Positions 1-10,906 of a stretch of DNA of 64,000 nt are shown here, piece after piece. Under the pieces are notes generated by a model. The model saw only the letters and a program-made list of their open reading frames with translations. It did not search any database and was not told the origin of the DNA. The position numbers were made by a program, and so were the translations under genes. The DNA is from Nemertoderma westbladi. Its lineage: Eukaryota; Animalia; Xenacoelomorpha. Numbering within the stretch: the first letter of the stretch is position 1; each line of letters starts with the position of its first letter. The stretch lies in NCBI GenBank assembly GCA_032718475.1, contig JAUCBJ010006962.1, forward strand, positions 62,001 to 126,000, read 5' to 3'.

Positions 1-345
1 TATCCCGCAAAAGCTTTTACAATGATCCCAATTATCAGAAGTCATCCACGTGCTCAAGCCAGCCGTCCTTAGAGCGTTATGCCCTTCCGATCAGACATTT
101 ATAAAGGGCTGTCTACTGTAGGTTGACTGTCATGATTTTCGTCTTCTTTGAATTTACAAAAAGATCAACACTAAAGCAACCTGCTCCAATGAGCAGAGGA
201 ACCTTTGGGCTCCCTCTAGTGATTCTGACAGTACCCCTATGTTTGCTGCGCAGCCCAGGTCAGGTCAGGTATTCTATGTCATTGATCAAGAAAACTTGCC
301 ACCTCCATGCAGCATAAAGGAGGTGCCATCTGTAGCTGCATAGAC
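1..345 (-). pseudogene. RTE-clade LINE reverse transcriptase fragment (degenerate YADD region)
   Basis: The minus strand reads approximately DLGCAANIGVLSESLEGAQRFL...VNSKKTKIMT...HVDDF. Bases ~25-90 match the RTE copy at ~33742-33812. Confidence 0.65.
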
Positions 346-349
346 CCTC

Positions 350-2784
350 TTACTAGGGCAAATCTGGTCCTGTAACTAGGACCCCCTTCGTTCTGGGATA
401 AGGACGCCCTTGGTCCTGGATTAAGGACCCATATACTTGGCTGCAGGGGTATATGGTCTGGCCAGGCAGATGGTGATCTACCAATGGCTGGTCAGGAGTA
501 GAGTGTTCTCATGTCCACTCTGAGTACACTTCACTGCGACCTGCACCTGGCAGCAGGGGTACAGGGCATGACCCAGCAGATGAGCTGCACAGCCAATGGT
601 GGGTCATGTGCGCCAGAGTAGATATGGGTGATGGGCCTCATATCTGACTCCACTGCGACACCCACCCTGTGGAATGGCAAACCAGAGTGTGGTATTTGCC
701 CCGATAAAACGGCTGACTCGGCAAAAAAGCACCCCCCAACCCCCACAATGGATTACATTAGTAATGCGGAGGTCCGGCCACTTGAGGCCAGTGGAATGAC
801 CGGACAAAATCGGCCTCACAGGCGTCAGTTATCTCCTGACCGGCTGTCTGTTTCACCCCCTACTGGAGAGAGAGCGGCAAACAATTCTTTGAGTCCCTTT
901 CCTGATGACCTTTCTGGCCCAAACCCTGGGTCACCAGGGAGGCCAGATTGTGAGGGGGATAGGATTTCTGGAGTTAGAGGCTACACTCATGATCCACCCC
1001 GACCAACAAATCCATTGATGAATCTGAGGCAAGTCACTAGACTAGCCTCAGTAAACACCCTAACACTCGGGTCCCCAATGCGAAAAGGTGAGCTGACTGC
1101 CTTGGCAGATATGCTTTCTCTTAGTGCAGTGGGTGTTCAAGAGCACCGAATGCAGACTGGACAGACTGATGAGGTTCTTATTAAGGACATGGGGGCGGTT
1201 GGCGACTCGCCCTCGCGTCAGCGGATGACAGTGGCAATGGTGGAATTGGTCTATTGATGAATCCAACTGCACATGCAGCATTGGACAAAATAGACCAAAT
1301 CTCTAACCGCATCATCCGTTGTCACTTCTCATGTTCTGGAAGGCTGGCTAAGAAGTTTCCTAAGGTGGTTCTGATTGTGTGCTACTCTCCAACTAGTGTT
1401 GCCCCTGTAGAGGAGGTGGAAAATTTCTACCACAATCTACAAGCAGCTACTGATGGAGTGGATCAGCATGCATTCTTAACATTCCTCGGGAGACTTTAAT
1501 GCAAGTCTGCGTCAATCACCTACATCGCCCTGGGTCTATAGCAATAGTGTTAACCGAAATTCCGTCCTTCTTCAGGATTTTATCTCTGGAAATGGATTGT
1601 TTTCGGAAGGAACCCAGTTCAAGAAGCGAACTGGAAAGCTATGGACTCATAGTGGACCCAGTGGTTACAAGTCCCAGATAGACTATATCCTGTTTCGTAG
1701 GAAATACAGGAGCTCTATACAAGACTGTAATGCATTTACACTTCGACCCTTCTCCAGTGATCAACGCCTTATTGTGGCCAAGGTAAGACTTAGTCTGCGT
1801 GCTAGCAGAACAACGAAATCTGCCTTGCCACGGCATTACTGGTCCTTTCTGTTACAACAGCCAAGTGTGAGATCCAGCTTCACACTATAGCTGAGCAACA
1901 GGTATGATGTTCTTGCCTCGCAGATCACTGTGAGAGCTATACTGCCTTCACAGGGGCAGTTAAGTTAGCAGCTGCAGAAACAGTTCCTGTATACCCTCGA
2001 AACAGGAAACGGGCCCCCTGGACTGACAACAAAATTCAGAAGTGCCGAAATGACATCTACAAGGCGCAGAAAGAGTCCCGACTCAAACAGACTACAGCGG
2101 CCTAGAATGCAGTTAAGGCTGCATCGAGGTCCCTGAACAGGCAGTACTCTGTTAATTTACAGTAGGGTTGATGCCATCAATGATGCTGACCACAGCAGGC
2201 AATTATCCCAGGCATGGAGATTGATCAACTTGCTTACTGTTCGAAAAAGCCAACCAACCACCAAGGTTAAGGCTGAATCACCAGCCGATCGCCTCAATGG
2301 TTGGAAGGCCCACTTTGAAAAGCTCCTCAATAATGATAGGGTATTGCCTGATAACTTTATAGAAGTAAAAGTGTCTGAGTCTGTACTCCCAGATATTCCC
2401 ATTGGTGATATCTCCTTTGAGGAAGTGAAGGCTGCTGCAAAGAGCATTAAGACCAATCGTGCCAGTGGAATAATGGTGTCCCCCCTGAGGTCTTTAAAAT
2501 ACCTGAATGTTTAAAGCTCATCTATCCCATCATAGTAGACATGTACCGAACAACAAGAGTCCCACAAGAAATGAAAACAAATAAGTTGGTGCCAGTTCCC
2601 AAGAAGGGCAACCTAACAATCTATGGTTCTTTTCGGGGAATCTCATTGATCTCGATTGCTGCAAAGCTATACAATAGAAATATATTAAATCGCATAAGGG
2701 ATCCAATTGAGAGACTGCTCTGTGGAAATCAGAATGGGTTCCGTAAAGGTCATGGGACCATGGAGCCCATTTTGGCACTTAGAA
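350..2784 (+). mobile_element. Decayed RTE-clade LINE, 5' part (AP endonuclease + N-terminal RT)
   Basis: Frameshifted ORFs carry APE motifs (SVNTLTL, GVQEHR, VCYSPT, GDFNA, QIDYILFR, SSDQRLI) and RT motifs (VPVPKKGNL, RGISLISIAAKLYN, QNGFRKG). The 5' boundary is approximate. Confidence 0.85.
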
Positions 2785-4705
2785 TAAATGGAAGAGACGG
2801 TAACAATACCTGCAATATCCTACTGTAAAGTTTGTGAATCAAATCATAAATCCGACCTTCTCACCAAAACAGTAAACTCCAAGTAAGCGAATATATTGCA
2901 GTATTGATCTCTTATAACCGGTGAGGCAGAAAACAGTCTACGAGCAGACAAACTTCGATAAAACAAAATCCCGCGCAGCGAATCCTAAAATCAGGCTGAC
3001 TCACTGACGGACTAAGAGGCTCGTATACTTTGCCGCGGTGTGATTTATATGGTTGGGCAAAGGGAACGCTAGCTAGGTACAGAGGCAGAGATTTGGAGAT
3101 GTCTAACTAGCGGGCAAAGCACAGTAAGGACGAAAGTTAATTTTATATATTTTGAGGTGTAAATAATTTCTAACGCGCGTGTGTTAATTCTGAACGGTCA
3201 AAAACAGTTTTGCTCCTTCACATATATAATTACTGGGTACGGTGTGCATTTTACGAAATATTCTAATTTTGTAACTTGTAGGTCCAATACTCACGAATGA
3301 TAAGGTTCCTTCCCCTCTTGCGTATTTCCAGGACTCAAATTCAGGCATAGGGTTAATGCTACGCCCAGAATTCGGCAATTTTAGGTACCAGGTCCCTGAT
3401 ACTAAGAAGAGATGTGTTAGTTTACTACTGTAGGCGTACAGTTACTAATAGCTATCCTGGCGTCCTATCTAGAATTTTAGTCACCCAGGTAGTCCGGGTA
3501 ACTTCCTATCAGGGCGTTGGCGGGGACACGGTAGATGTTAGTATCCCTAATAGCCTCAATTTATTTGCGCCTAGCTGTAAACTGCCCTACCGCCTGAACG
3601 GTACAATCCCAATTCAGGTGAAAACACAGCAACCCCCCTAGCCTACAAGTTCTAATGCAATGGACACCGTTGTACTACAAATAGTCGCACACACACCTGT
3701 ACTTAGCAAGAGTTAGGCGTACAGTTTGCTGCACCCTACCAATTTGTATGCTTCGTACCGGTGTGCCTACGTCCTATCTGCTTACTAGTATCTGCCTGCT
3801 CTCTCCCTCCGTAGGAATATGAAGGTCTACTGTGGTTTTCCTGAATCAAGACAGTACATTCCCTAAGATGTAATTTTAGGCTCACAGCGTGTCACTACTT
3901 CTACCCTTTGATCTTTTGGTCTTATACTTAGGTAGCAAGGCGTCGAACGCTGTCTAACCTTTCAGGCGATGGGCGAATAACTCAAGATGGTATTGCGGGT
4001 TGTCTCTTGTCTACATTCCCGTGATGTTCCCGTTCATTGCTGCGGCCCGATCTCTAGCCGGCCATCCTGTCCCTTAGCTGGGTTCACCGTAGTGAATCAT
4101 GGTAAAACAGATAGAAAAGGCAGATTAGCGATAATTCTGACTTTATTACAGAAGATATAATTATAATACAATGTAATCTGAAATAAACTAAGCACGACAG
4201 AATATTGATAAGATAAGATAATCTGAGAAGTATATTATAGTAGGAATGATAATGATAACTAATGAACAAATCGCACCTTTATATACCAAATTTGTGCTGC
4301 AATCAATCGAGATAATTCTCGATTGTTCTATAGGTTCTAACGGGTTTTTAAAGATAGCTATTGGTCCAGCTAATGTATAACTTGCACGACATTGGATACA
4401 ATCTAATAACTGCAGTCTCATTGGTTAATCTAGGTACAAACGAATGCAATTTAATTTGTAGCGGTCAATTTAAATGAGTTGAAATTCTGCACAAAAAATA
4501 ATTCGCACTTACTAGGATTCGAACTCAATACCTACTACACATATAATTTCCAACGCTTTACCGACTGAGCTACTGAACCACTTGACCAATAGGCGTACAA
4601 ATGATAGAACAAATACGAATGAGAACTCAAAGCAATCTTTACAAAGTTAATTCGAATAAAATAAAATTTTGAAAATCCACGGCATTTAGGGAATATAATT
4701 CTATA
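2785..4705 (-). repeat. 3' LTR (1921 bp)
   Basis: Near-identical to 19405-21325; about 10 substitutions counted by eye and no indels. Confidence 0.97.
4493..4579 (-). ncRNA. tRNA-like Pol III cassette in the 3' LTR
   Basis: Minus strand shows an A box/D-arm (TAGCTCAGTCGGTAAAGC), a B box (GAGTTCGAATCC) and a T6 run. The acceptor stem does not pair. Confidence 0.55.
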
Positions 4706-4899
4706 CCGCTCCATGAAAACAGGATATTATCGTGCATAAAATATACGGTTTTCACCAATAATCAATCAAACTATAGAATACTTAGGGCGTACTTACATAT
4801 TTACAAATTAAATTTCAAATAATACTTCCTTTCTACGTAATGATTCGATACAAAAATAATTACAAATTCAAACTTTACGTATTTAAGGCTTTACTAAGT

Positions 4900-5533
4900 A
4901 AGTACAATATAAATCTAAATTAAATTCACCAATATAAATCTATTGCATCTCAATATTGCATAAATTCAAACAATTACAAATACAAATAAATGAAAACAAT
5001 AAGAAAGGCTCGCGAGTCTTCCATCTACTATTGCATCTCAAATATTGCATAAATTCAAGTAATTACAAATACTTTCGTACCTAAATGTAGATTGCATAAG
5101 TTCGGAATAATTACAAATATGAGTCTTTCTAAGCACAAAATTTTCTAACTACAAAACTTTCTAAATACAAAATATAACGCTTTACAAATGAAACTATAAG
5201 AAAGGCCCACGAGTCTTCCATCTACTCTTACTTTCTATTTCACTGTAAATACAAATACTGCTTATAAGATATAAATTGCATAATATTCGGAACAATATAA
5301 ATTGCATAAGTTCGGAATAATATAAATTGCATAAGATCGGAATAATTACAAATATAAAATATAAATTCTTACAAATGTAAGTCTTACTAAATATAAGTTT
5401 TACTAAATATAAGTTCTTATTTCTAAATTTCATAAATTCGGAACAATACAAATTGCATAAGTTCGGAATAAACACAAATATAAATATAAATTCAAATAAA
5501 TCACAAATCACAAGAAAGGCTCACGAGTCTTCC
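4900..5533. repeat. AT-rich tandem repeats in the BEL 3' UTR
   Basis: Recurrent AAATTGCATAAGTTCGGAATAATTACAAAT-like units, plus three copies of the AAGGCTCGCGAGTCTTCC motif. Confidence 0.7.
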
Positions 5534-5725
5534 GTCCACCCTTGCCCTCCCTTATCGCTTAGTTGATCGAGCCCTGCCGCGTCCTCGAAAACTGCGCACA
5601 GGTGACTTTGCTCGCGATATGGGACTAATGGGGCGAGTCACTGGTTTACTTGGGACGTTGAGAGACGGAGCGACTATTTCTTCGCAAATTCGTCTATTTA
5701 GCATCCCAAAACCTCGACCGATTCC

Positions 5726-6507
5726 TCATGACCGATCAGTTGTCACTACAGTTGGTAGAACGTCTGGGAACGCGCGAGAAGCGGACGACGCAGACCCAAG
5801 AGTAGCTTGCGCCCCCTGTTGATCAGCTGGTGTATGTCCCGATCCTCCTACTGGTTCTCTTGGAAGCGATACCGTATCCCGAGTAACTCGAATGGTCGGC
5901 TCAACTCCCTTACGTTCTTCTATATTAATAATTTTCTTTAATTGTTGGCCCACTTTCTGGACCCGTATGATCCTACCCTGTCCGTCCTCCCGAGGGTGAC
6001 GTGCAGACGGCGCAACCGGAGTGGCTGGTATATTTGTCGCCTCTAGGACCTCTTCTTCCTCGAATACGCTCGCTCGTATACGTTTATGGTAAAACGCGGC
6101 TCGGTACGCCCATGCGACGGTTAACCAAGCTCCTTTATTCCGCTTTTCAGTTCGGAAACGATCGAATTCACCATACGTAATGCGATTAACGACTTTCTGA
6201 AAATTCCACGTGTTTTTGTTATCCGGGTGAATCTGTAGTAGATACTCGCGCACCACTCGGAATCCACTGTCGTTGGGGCAAAATATCGACAACCTCGATA
6301 AGTTCGTCATATTGGGGCATAGCGGAGATGTATCCTTCCGACATCATCGTTTGAGGATTTACCGCCCAAAATCCGAGATGCGCCCTCATCGGAAACCGTC
6401 TTCTTTGTGCCGATACATGTTCGTCGGCTAAATCTTCCCACTCATCAAATAACTTCCTCACGAGTTTTACAGATTCGTGTTCATAAGGTATGTCTCTTAG
6501 TTGGCAT
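5726..6507 (-). pseudogene. Frameshifted C-terminal continuation of BEL ORF2
   Basis: Removing 4 nt near 6512 restores a third CCHC knuckle (CTYCNIKGHRASEC) in frame with ORF 6219-6461. A 1-nt shift near the run at ~6275-6278 joins ORF 5726-6310. Confidence 0.65.
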
Positions 6508-9282
6508 TCAGATGATTGCTCGATGTCCTTTTATATTGCAATAAGTACATTGAGCCATAAATCTCCAGCAAGTATAAAAGGTATGAGACCCTTGATCCCC
6601 ACACCATCCACAGATTAGCTGAGTCGTAGAAATGTGCTTTCCACTGCACTTTGTCATATGATGTCCAGCGACGCCACATTTACTACACATCGTATTGGCA
6701 GGGTACCACACTCGTTCGTATATAAGATCTCCAATCGGTCGAGCGCTTCCTCCCACACTATAATCGTAATCATCTGGGTCTATGGGTTGGTAGGTTTCTG
6801 AAGGTTGTATACAAACTATAGCGTCTGTTGCTTCAAGTTGTCGAATCTCCGTCTGAGATTTCTTCGGGAGGTTCCTTTCTATCTCAAGAAGTTCCTCTAA
6901 AGGATCGTCAGCGATCGTAGTAGTTACTTCGAAATCATCACCAAGGTGACCGATAGGCGCGCGCGTCTGCCGTGATTCATCCGTAATCTCAACGATACGT
7001 TCTCCTTCATAGGGTAACAATGTAAACATAGATGGTCTTTCGATAAGAGATCCCGCACAGCGAAGATACACGTCTCGAAATATACTAAATCCTGCTCGAG
7101 TAAAGGCATTACACTGAGCGTCGGAGTTGTAGAAGGGTTCAAGGAATCGTCTAAACACGTCGGTACGAATTCTCCCTTCCATGTAGAACGTATGATCTTC
7201 TCCGAGACAAAGTGGATGTCTTTTGAGAGTCCGAGACACAATGTCGGCGATTAGGCAAACATTCACTGACGACTCTATTGCTAAATAATATTGTAAGACC
7301 GCTCTTGGAGGTGACGTAATAGCCCAATACACGCATCCTCTCCATTTAAGCTGTGATTCAAACTCACTCATATCTGGAGTATCACCTTCTCCATAAGTTT
7401 CAATATACTTGTTTCTATTACTTTCCTTATAATCCCAATTGAATAACAGGTAGGAAATGTATCCAGTTCCAGTCTTCTGAGTATTATACTCACGAAAATA
7501 TCCCTGTTCTATAGACCACAAAATAAGAGGTCGAGTGTCGACGTAAGGTGTCGGTAGTCGGTCATCGCTGTCCGTCATGCCGGCGAAGTCGCTAATTAAG
7601 TCCTCCCTTACTCCTGATCCAATCTTTACAACAGTTTTATCTAAAATCATGTTTCTTACCATCTTCGGTAGCATTCTAGCGTCGATATTACAAGCTTGGT
7701 CCATCTTCTTTACTATGTCAGTGATAAGATGGTGTCGCTTTGTATTCGCTGGAGGTATCGGCATTCGTTTGTCGCTCCTCTGTCTACTGAAAACGTGCAG
7801 GACTCCGTCCGCCGCTCTAATTTGTATAGTCTTAGAAGTCAAACTCTGCTGATGACTGCCGCCCTCGTTGTCGTAAAACATGTAACCATTTTCCTGAAAC
7901 GATCTAAACGTCCTATTCCATTCATCCAGCAATTCTTCCGAAGGTTGCCAAATCTTCTCTATGTCCTTATCATCTTCGAAACGAATAACCTTACCTCGCC
8001 AATCTGCGGCAATATCTGTATCCGACTCGAAGGTTCCGGTTCCAATCCATAAACGAATCGTCTTGGTTAAATATCCTTTCAAATTACTCGGAGCTATATC
8101 GGCACCAGCTCTATCCAGTTCCTTGAAGTCTTGGATATGAGGTGGAACGTTGTACACGACCTTTTGAGTAATATGTCTACGTAAATCATATATCTTACTC
8201 ATATCGCTGAAAACAACTGCAGGAAGAAACTCCAAGTTCGAAATGATTTCTGGATGATCCACGATGGGTATTTCGTACGTCGTATCCTGTCGGACTGGTA
8301 TACTAATAGGAAAATTGAGTGTCGTACTCAATGGTTTCGTAGTCGAAGTACTATACGGTTGCATTTCTCTTGTCCTCTCCGGGGATGCAATCTGTAGTCT
8401 CTGAATAACGTTTTGAGCAAAGTTTATGCTCTCGAAAACTTCCGGTGTCATCTCCTTAGCTGGAGTTTGATCGTGTGACGTCCAATGGTAAGGTAGGCTC
8501 GCGAGTCTTCCGCCCCATTCTTCCATCTCACCTTTCTCGAAAGCCTTGTAGGCTCTGTATAGGCTAAGAGCTTCTTTCTTTTCGCGGGTTGACTGATTTG
8601 CCTCGTCCAGCGTAAGTTCAAATACATCGGGTTCAACAACCTTAGGTGGGTAGACGACAATTTCTCCCGCCTTTGGTCCGGTCATAGCAAATGAATGATA
8701 TAGATTCGATAAAGGATACCCTCCTTCCTGGTAGCGTAGTTGTTGATGGTTCGAACACCTCGCCAATATCGGTTCGGGATTTTCCTTATTCAAACGCATC
8801 GGAATCGCATTTCGTTGTTCGCGCATACAAGAACCGCATTGATAATAAAGTTTATAAACTGAAAATGCTTCCTTGGTTTCTCTATCGTCCCCTCGAGTTC
8901 GTCTGTAAAGATGCATTCCATCAAATTCATCTCTTACCGCGGGCATAGGTTCGTGCGCCTTTAGGTATTGCATGGTATGATACAAACGACTAATTTCAGT
9001 ATCGGGGTCTTCGCTAATATCTCCCGTATCACACAAAGCGTCGTACGGGTAAAGTTCGTTGAAGGTTTGGCGCAAACTTTCGATTCTTTCGTTTAATGCG
9101 TTTTGCCTTCTCTTTAATACATTTGAGTCATATTTAATTCTCGCGAGTTTCGCTGTACTTTCCGATAATTCTTTTATACCGAATATAGTATAATCCTTGG
9201 CTCCAAATCTTTCGAATGGCGCTGCTGCCTCCTCTTGGATATCATATCCCCATCTCGGCTCTCCTTGTATCCCTTTTTCCAT
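6508..9282 (-). CDS. BEL accessory ORF2: putative DEDDy (WRN/Mut-7/EXD-like) 3'-5' exonuclease with CCHC zinc knuckles
   Basis: 924-aa ORF with ExoI-like FYDNEG, TIQI, LPKMVRNMILDKTVVKIGSGVREDL (ExoII), YVDT and ExoIII-like QYYLAIES. C-terminal knuckles are CSKCGVAGHHMTKC and CGWCGDQGSHTFYTC. The N-terminal part has CGSC...CSNH. Confidence 0.7.
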   Translation of the reverse strand: MEKGIQGEPRWGYDIQEEAAAPFERFGAKDYTIFGIKELSESTAKLARIKYDSNVLKRRQNALNERIESLRQTFNELYPYDALCDTGDISEDPDTEISRLYHTMQYLKAHEPMPAVRDEFDGMHLYRRTRGDDRETKEAFSVYKLYYQCGSCMREQRNAIPMRLNKENPEPILARCSNHQQLRYQEGGYPLSNLYHSFAMTGPKAGEIVVYPPKVVEPDVFELTLDEANQSTREKKEALSLYRAYKAFEKGEMEEWGGRLASLPYHWTSHDQTPAKEMTPEVFESINFAQNVIQRLQIASPERTREMQPYSTSTTKPLSTTLNFPISIPVRQDTTYEIPIVDHPEIISNLEFLPAVVFSDMSKIYDLRRHITQKVVYNVPPHIQDFKELDRAGADIAPSNLKGYLTKTIRLWIGTGTFESDTDIAADWRGKVIRFEDDKDIEKIWQPSEELLDEWNRTFRSFQENGYMFYDNEGGSHQQSLTSKTIQIRAADGVLHVFSRQRSDKRMPIPPANTKRHHLITDIVKKMDQACNIDARMLPKMVRNMILDKTVVKIGSGVREDLISDFAGMTDSDDRLPTPYVDTRPLILWSIEQGYFREYNTQKTGTGYISYLLFNWDYKESNRNKYIETYGEGDTPDMSEFESQLKWRGCVYWAITSPPRAVLQYYLAIESSVNVCLIADIVSRTLKRHPLCLGEDHTFYMEGRIRTDVFRRFLEPFYNSDAQCNAFTRAGFSIFRDVYLRCAGSLIERPSMFTLLPYEGERIVEITDESRQTRAPIGHLGDDFEVTTTIADDPLEELLEIERNLPKKSQTEIRQLEATDAIVCIQPSETYQPIDPDDYDYSVGGSARPIGDLIYERVWYPANTMCSKCGVAGHHMTKCSGKHISTTQLICGWCGDQGSHTFYTCWRFMAQCTYCNIKGHRAII

Positions 9283-9943
9283 AATTAGGGGTGTAGTTAC
9301 ATAATCATTACTACTAGAGGGAATACAACAGAGTTTGTAGTTAGTTGTGAGGAGACGTGAGAGTTTCGTCTGCCCTTTGGGCTCGACAACGCTCTAACCT
9401 CCTACCCATAGCCTAAGATCTAGGGTTTCTTTAATGACACGCTGCTTCTTATCTAAAATTTTTTGCCGAAATAAAAACGAATTTGGGCTAACTGGCTGTG
9501 AGTCTAAAATACTCACTTTTTGATCCCAAACTATTATCAGAAAATAAGCAGTCAAGAATTAGTAATAAATATAGGGGAGTCTATTTATTGACTTAACTTA
9601 TTGAAACAAGACCGTGTAAAATTTAATTAAAAATTTTAAGAAAGGCTCGCAAGTCTTCCTCTCTTGTTTCTCTAATTTTAAGTTCCACCCGACTGTACCC
9701 TGAAATCTATTCACTGGAGAAAATTTTAAAAATTTTTCAAATCCAAATGGATTGTCTAAAATTTCGAAAATGTCTCAATATTGTGAGTTCCAAGTAGAAT
9801 TCCATTTCTTATACCTACAAATCCCGCTCCTATGTGACACATAAGGGTACCACCCTCAATGTTCACATATAAAGACAATGGAATTCTACCGCTGTCTTTA
9901 CTACGGTGTACAGGTACGTGGAAATCTATTTGTAAACTCCTAA

Positions 9944-10906
9944 TTATTTACTAGTATTAGGTGGAGATTTGTAGTCTCCAGACTCGTTACGAGTCTCTTC
10001 AAGAAGTACGAGACGTTGAGTCGGTCTGTCTACTATACGACCGTCAATTGTCCGTACCGTCACAGTTCTTGTCACTCCATCCATAGATGGATGTGTGGCT
10101 AAAATTACACCTGTTATCCAGAAGCGTCTTTTTAGATTCACTTCCGCTAACAGCACGTGATCTCCCGGCTTTAATGCGCGGGTGTTATTGTACCATGTTG
10201 TTCTGGCAGAAATAGAGGGCAAATAATGGTTTTGCCATATTTCCCAGAATTTGTTAGCTAGTAGTTGCGTGATTTTCCACGCTTTTCTACCGTAGCTGTC
10301 GCTTTCTATTGGAATAGAAATAGGTGTCAATGTGGTCGGTGCCTGCATAAGCAGGTGTGCCGGTGTCAAAGCAAACTGAGATTGTTTGTCATCGGGTACT
10401 AATACTATTGGTCTAGTATTTAGTATTGCCTCGATTTCAACAAACAGTGTTGTCAGTTGGTCGTCTGTCAATATGTGGTTTACTGGAATGACTTTTGCCA
10501 TTGCCGTCTTTATAGATCTAATCAATCTCTCCCAGACTCCGCCTCTCCAAGGACTATCTGGAGGATTGAACTTCCAAACAATCTTGTGAGGTTGCAGTTC
10601 GTTCGAGATTTGATCATGATCTAATTTCTTAAAGGCTCTAGCAATCTCATTTCGAGCACCAACAAAGTTTGTCCCTTGGTCTGAGTACAAGCATTTTACT
10701 AGTCCGCGTCTAGCGATAAATCGCCGCAGTGCTAGTATAAACGCGTTGGTAGAAAGATCCATCACACGTTCAATATGAACTGCCCTACTGGACATACATG
10801 TGAAAATCAGTCCCCAGCGTTTTACTAGTATACGTCCACGTTTCGTATGTATGGGACCAAAGCAATCAATTCCAGTCTCTGTAAAAGGTGGTCTGAATGC
10901 TTGAAG
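9944..10906 (-). CDS. BEL integrase core (in frame with gag-pol after one premature TGA)
   Basis: TGIDCFGP, RAVHIE, YSDQGTNFVGA, GGVWERLIRSIK, EAILNTRP. In frame with ORF 10907-18595. Confidence 0.93.
   Translation of the reverse strand, partial: LQAFRPPFTETGIDCFGPIHTKRGRILVKRWGLIFTCMSSRAVHIERVMDLSTNAFILALRRFIARRGLVKCLYSDQGTNFVGARNEIARAFKKLDHDQISNELQPHKIVWKFNPPDSPWRGGVWERLIRSIKTAMAKVIPVNHILTDDQLTTLFVEIEAILNTRPIVLVPDDKQSQFALTPAHLLMQAPTTLTPISIPIESDSYGRKAWKITQLLANKFWEIWQNHYLPSISARTTWYNNTRALKPGDHVLLAEVNLKRRFWITGVILATHPSMDGVTRTVTVRTIDGRIVDRPTQRLVLLEETRNESGDYKSPPNTSK

Noticed and set aside
2789-2790. Canonical TG start for the LTR
   Set aside because: LTR identity extends to 2785, and only that boundary gives a TSD and restores the LINE frame.
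3184-4421. Small ORFs conserved in both LTRs
   Set aside because: Their identity just reflects LTR duplication; no recognisable motifs.
4505-4579. Functional tRNA gene
   Set aside because: The acceptor and anticodon stems do not pair, so it is kept only as a tRNA-like Pol III cassette.
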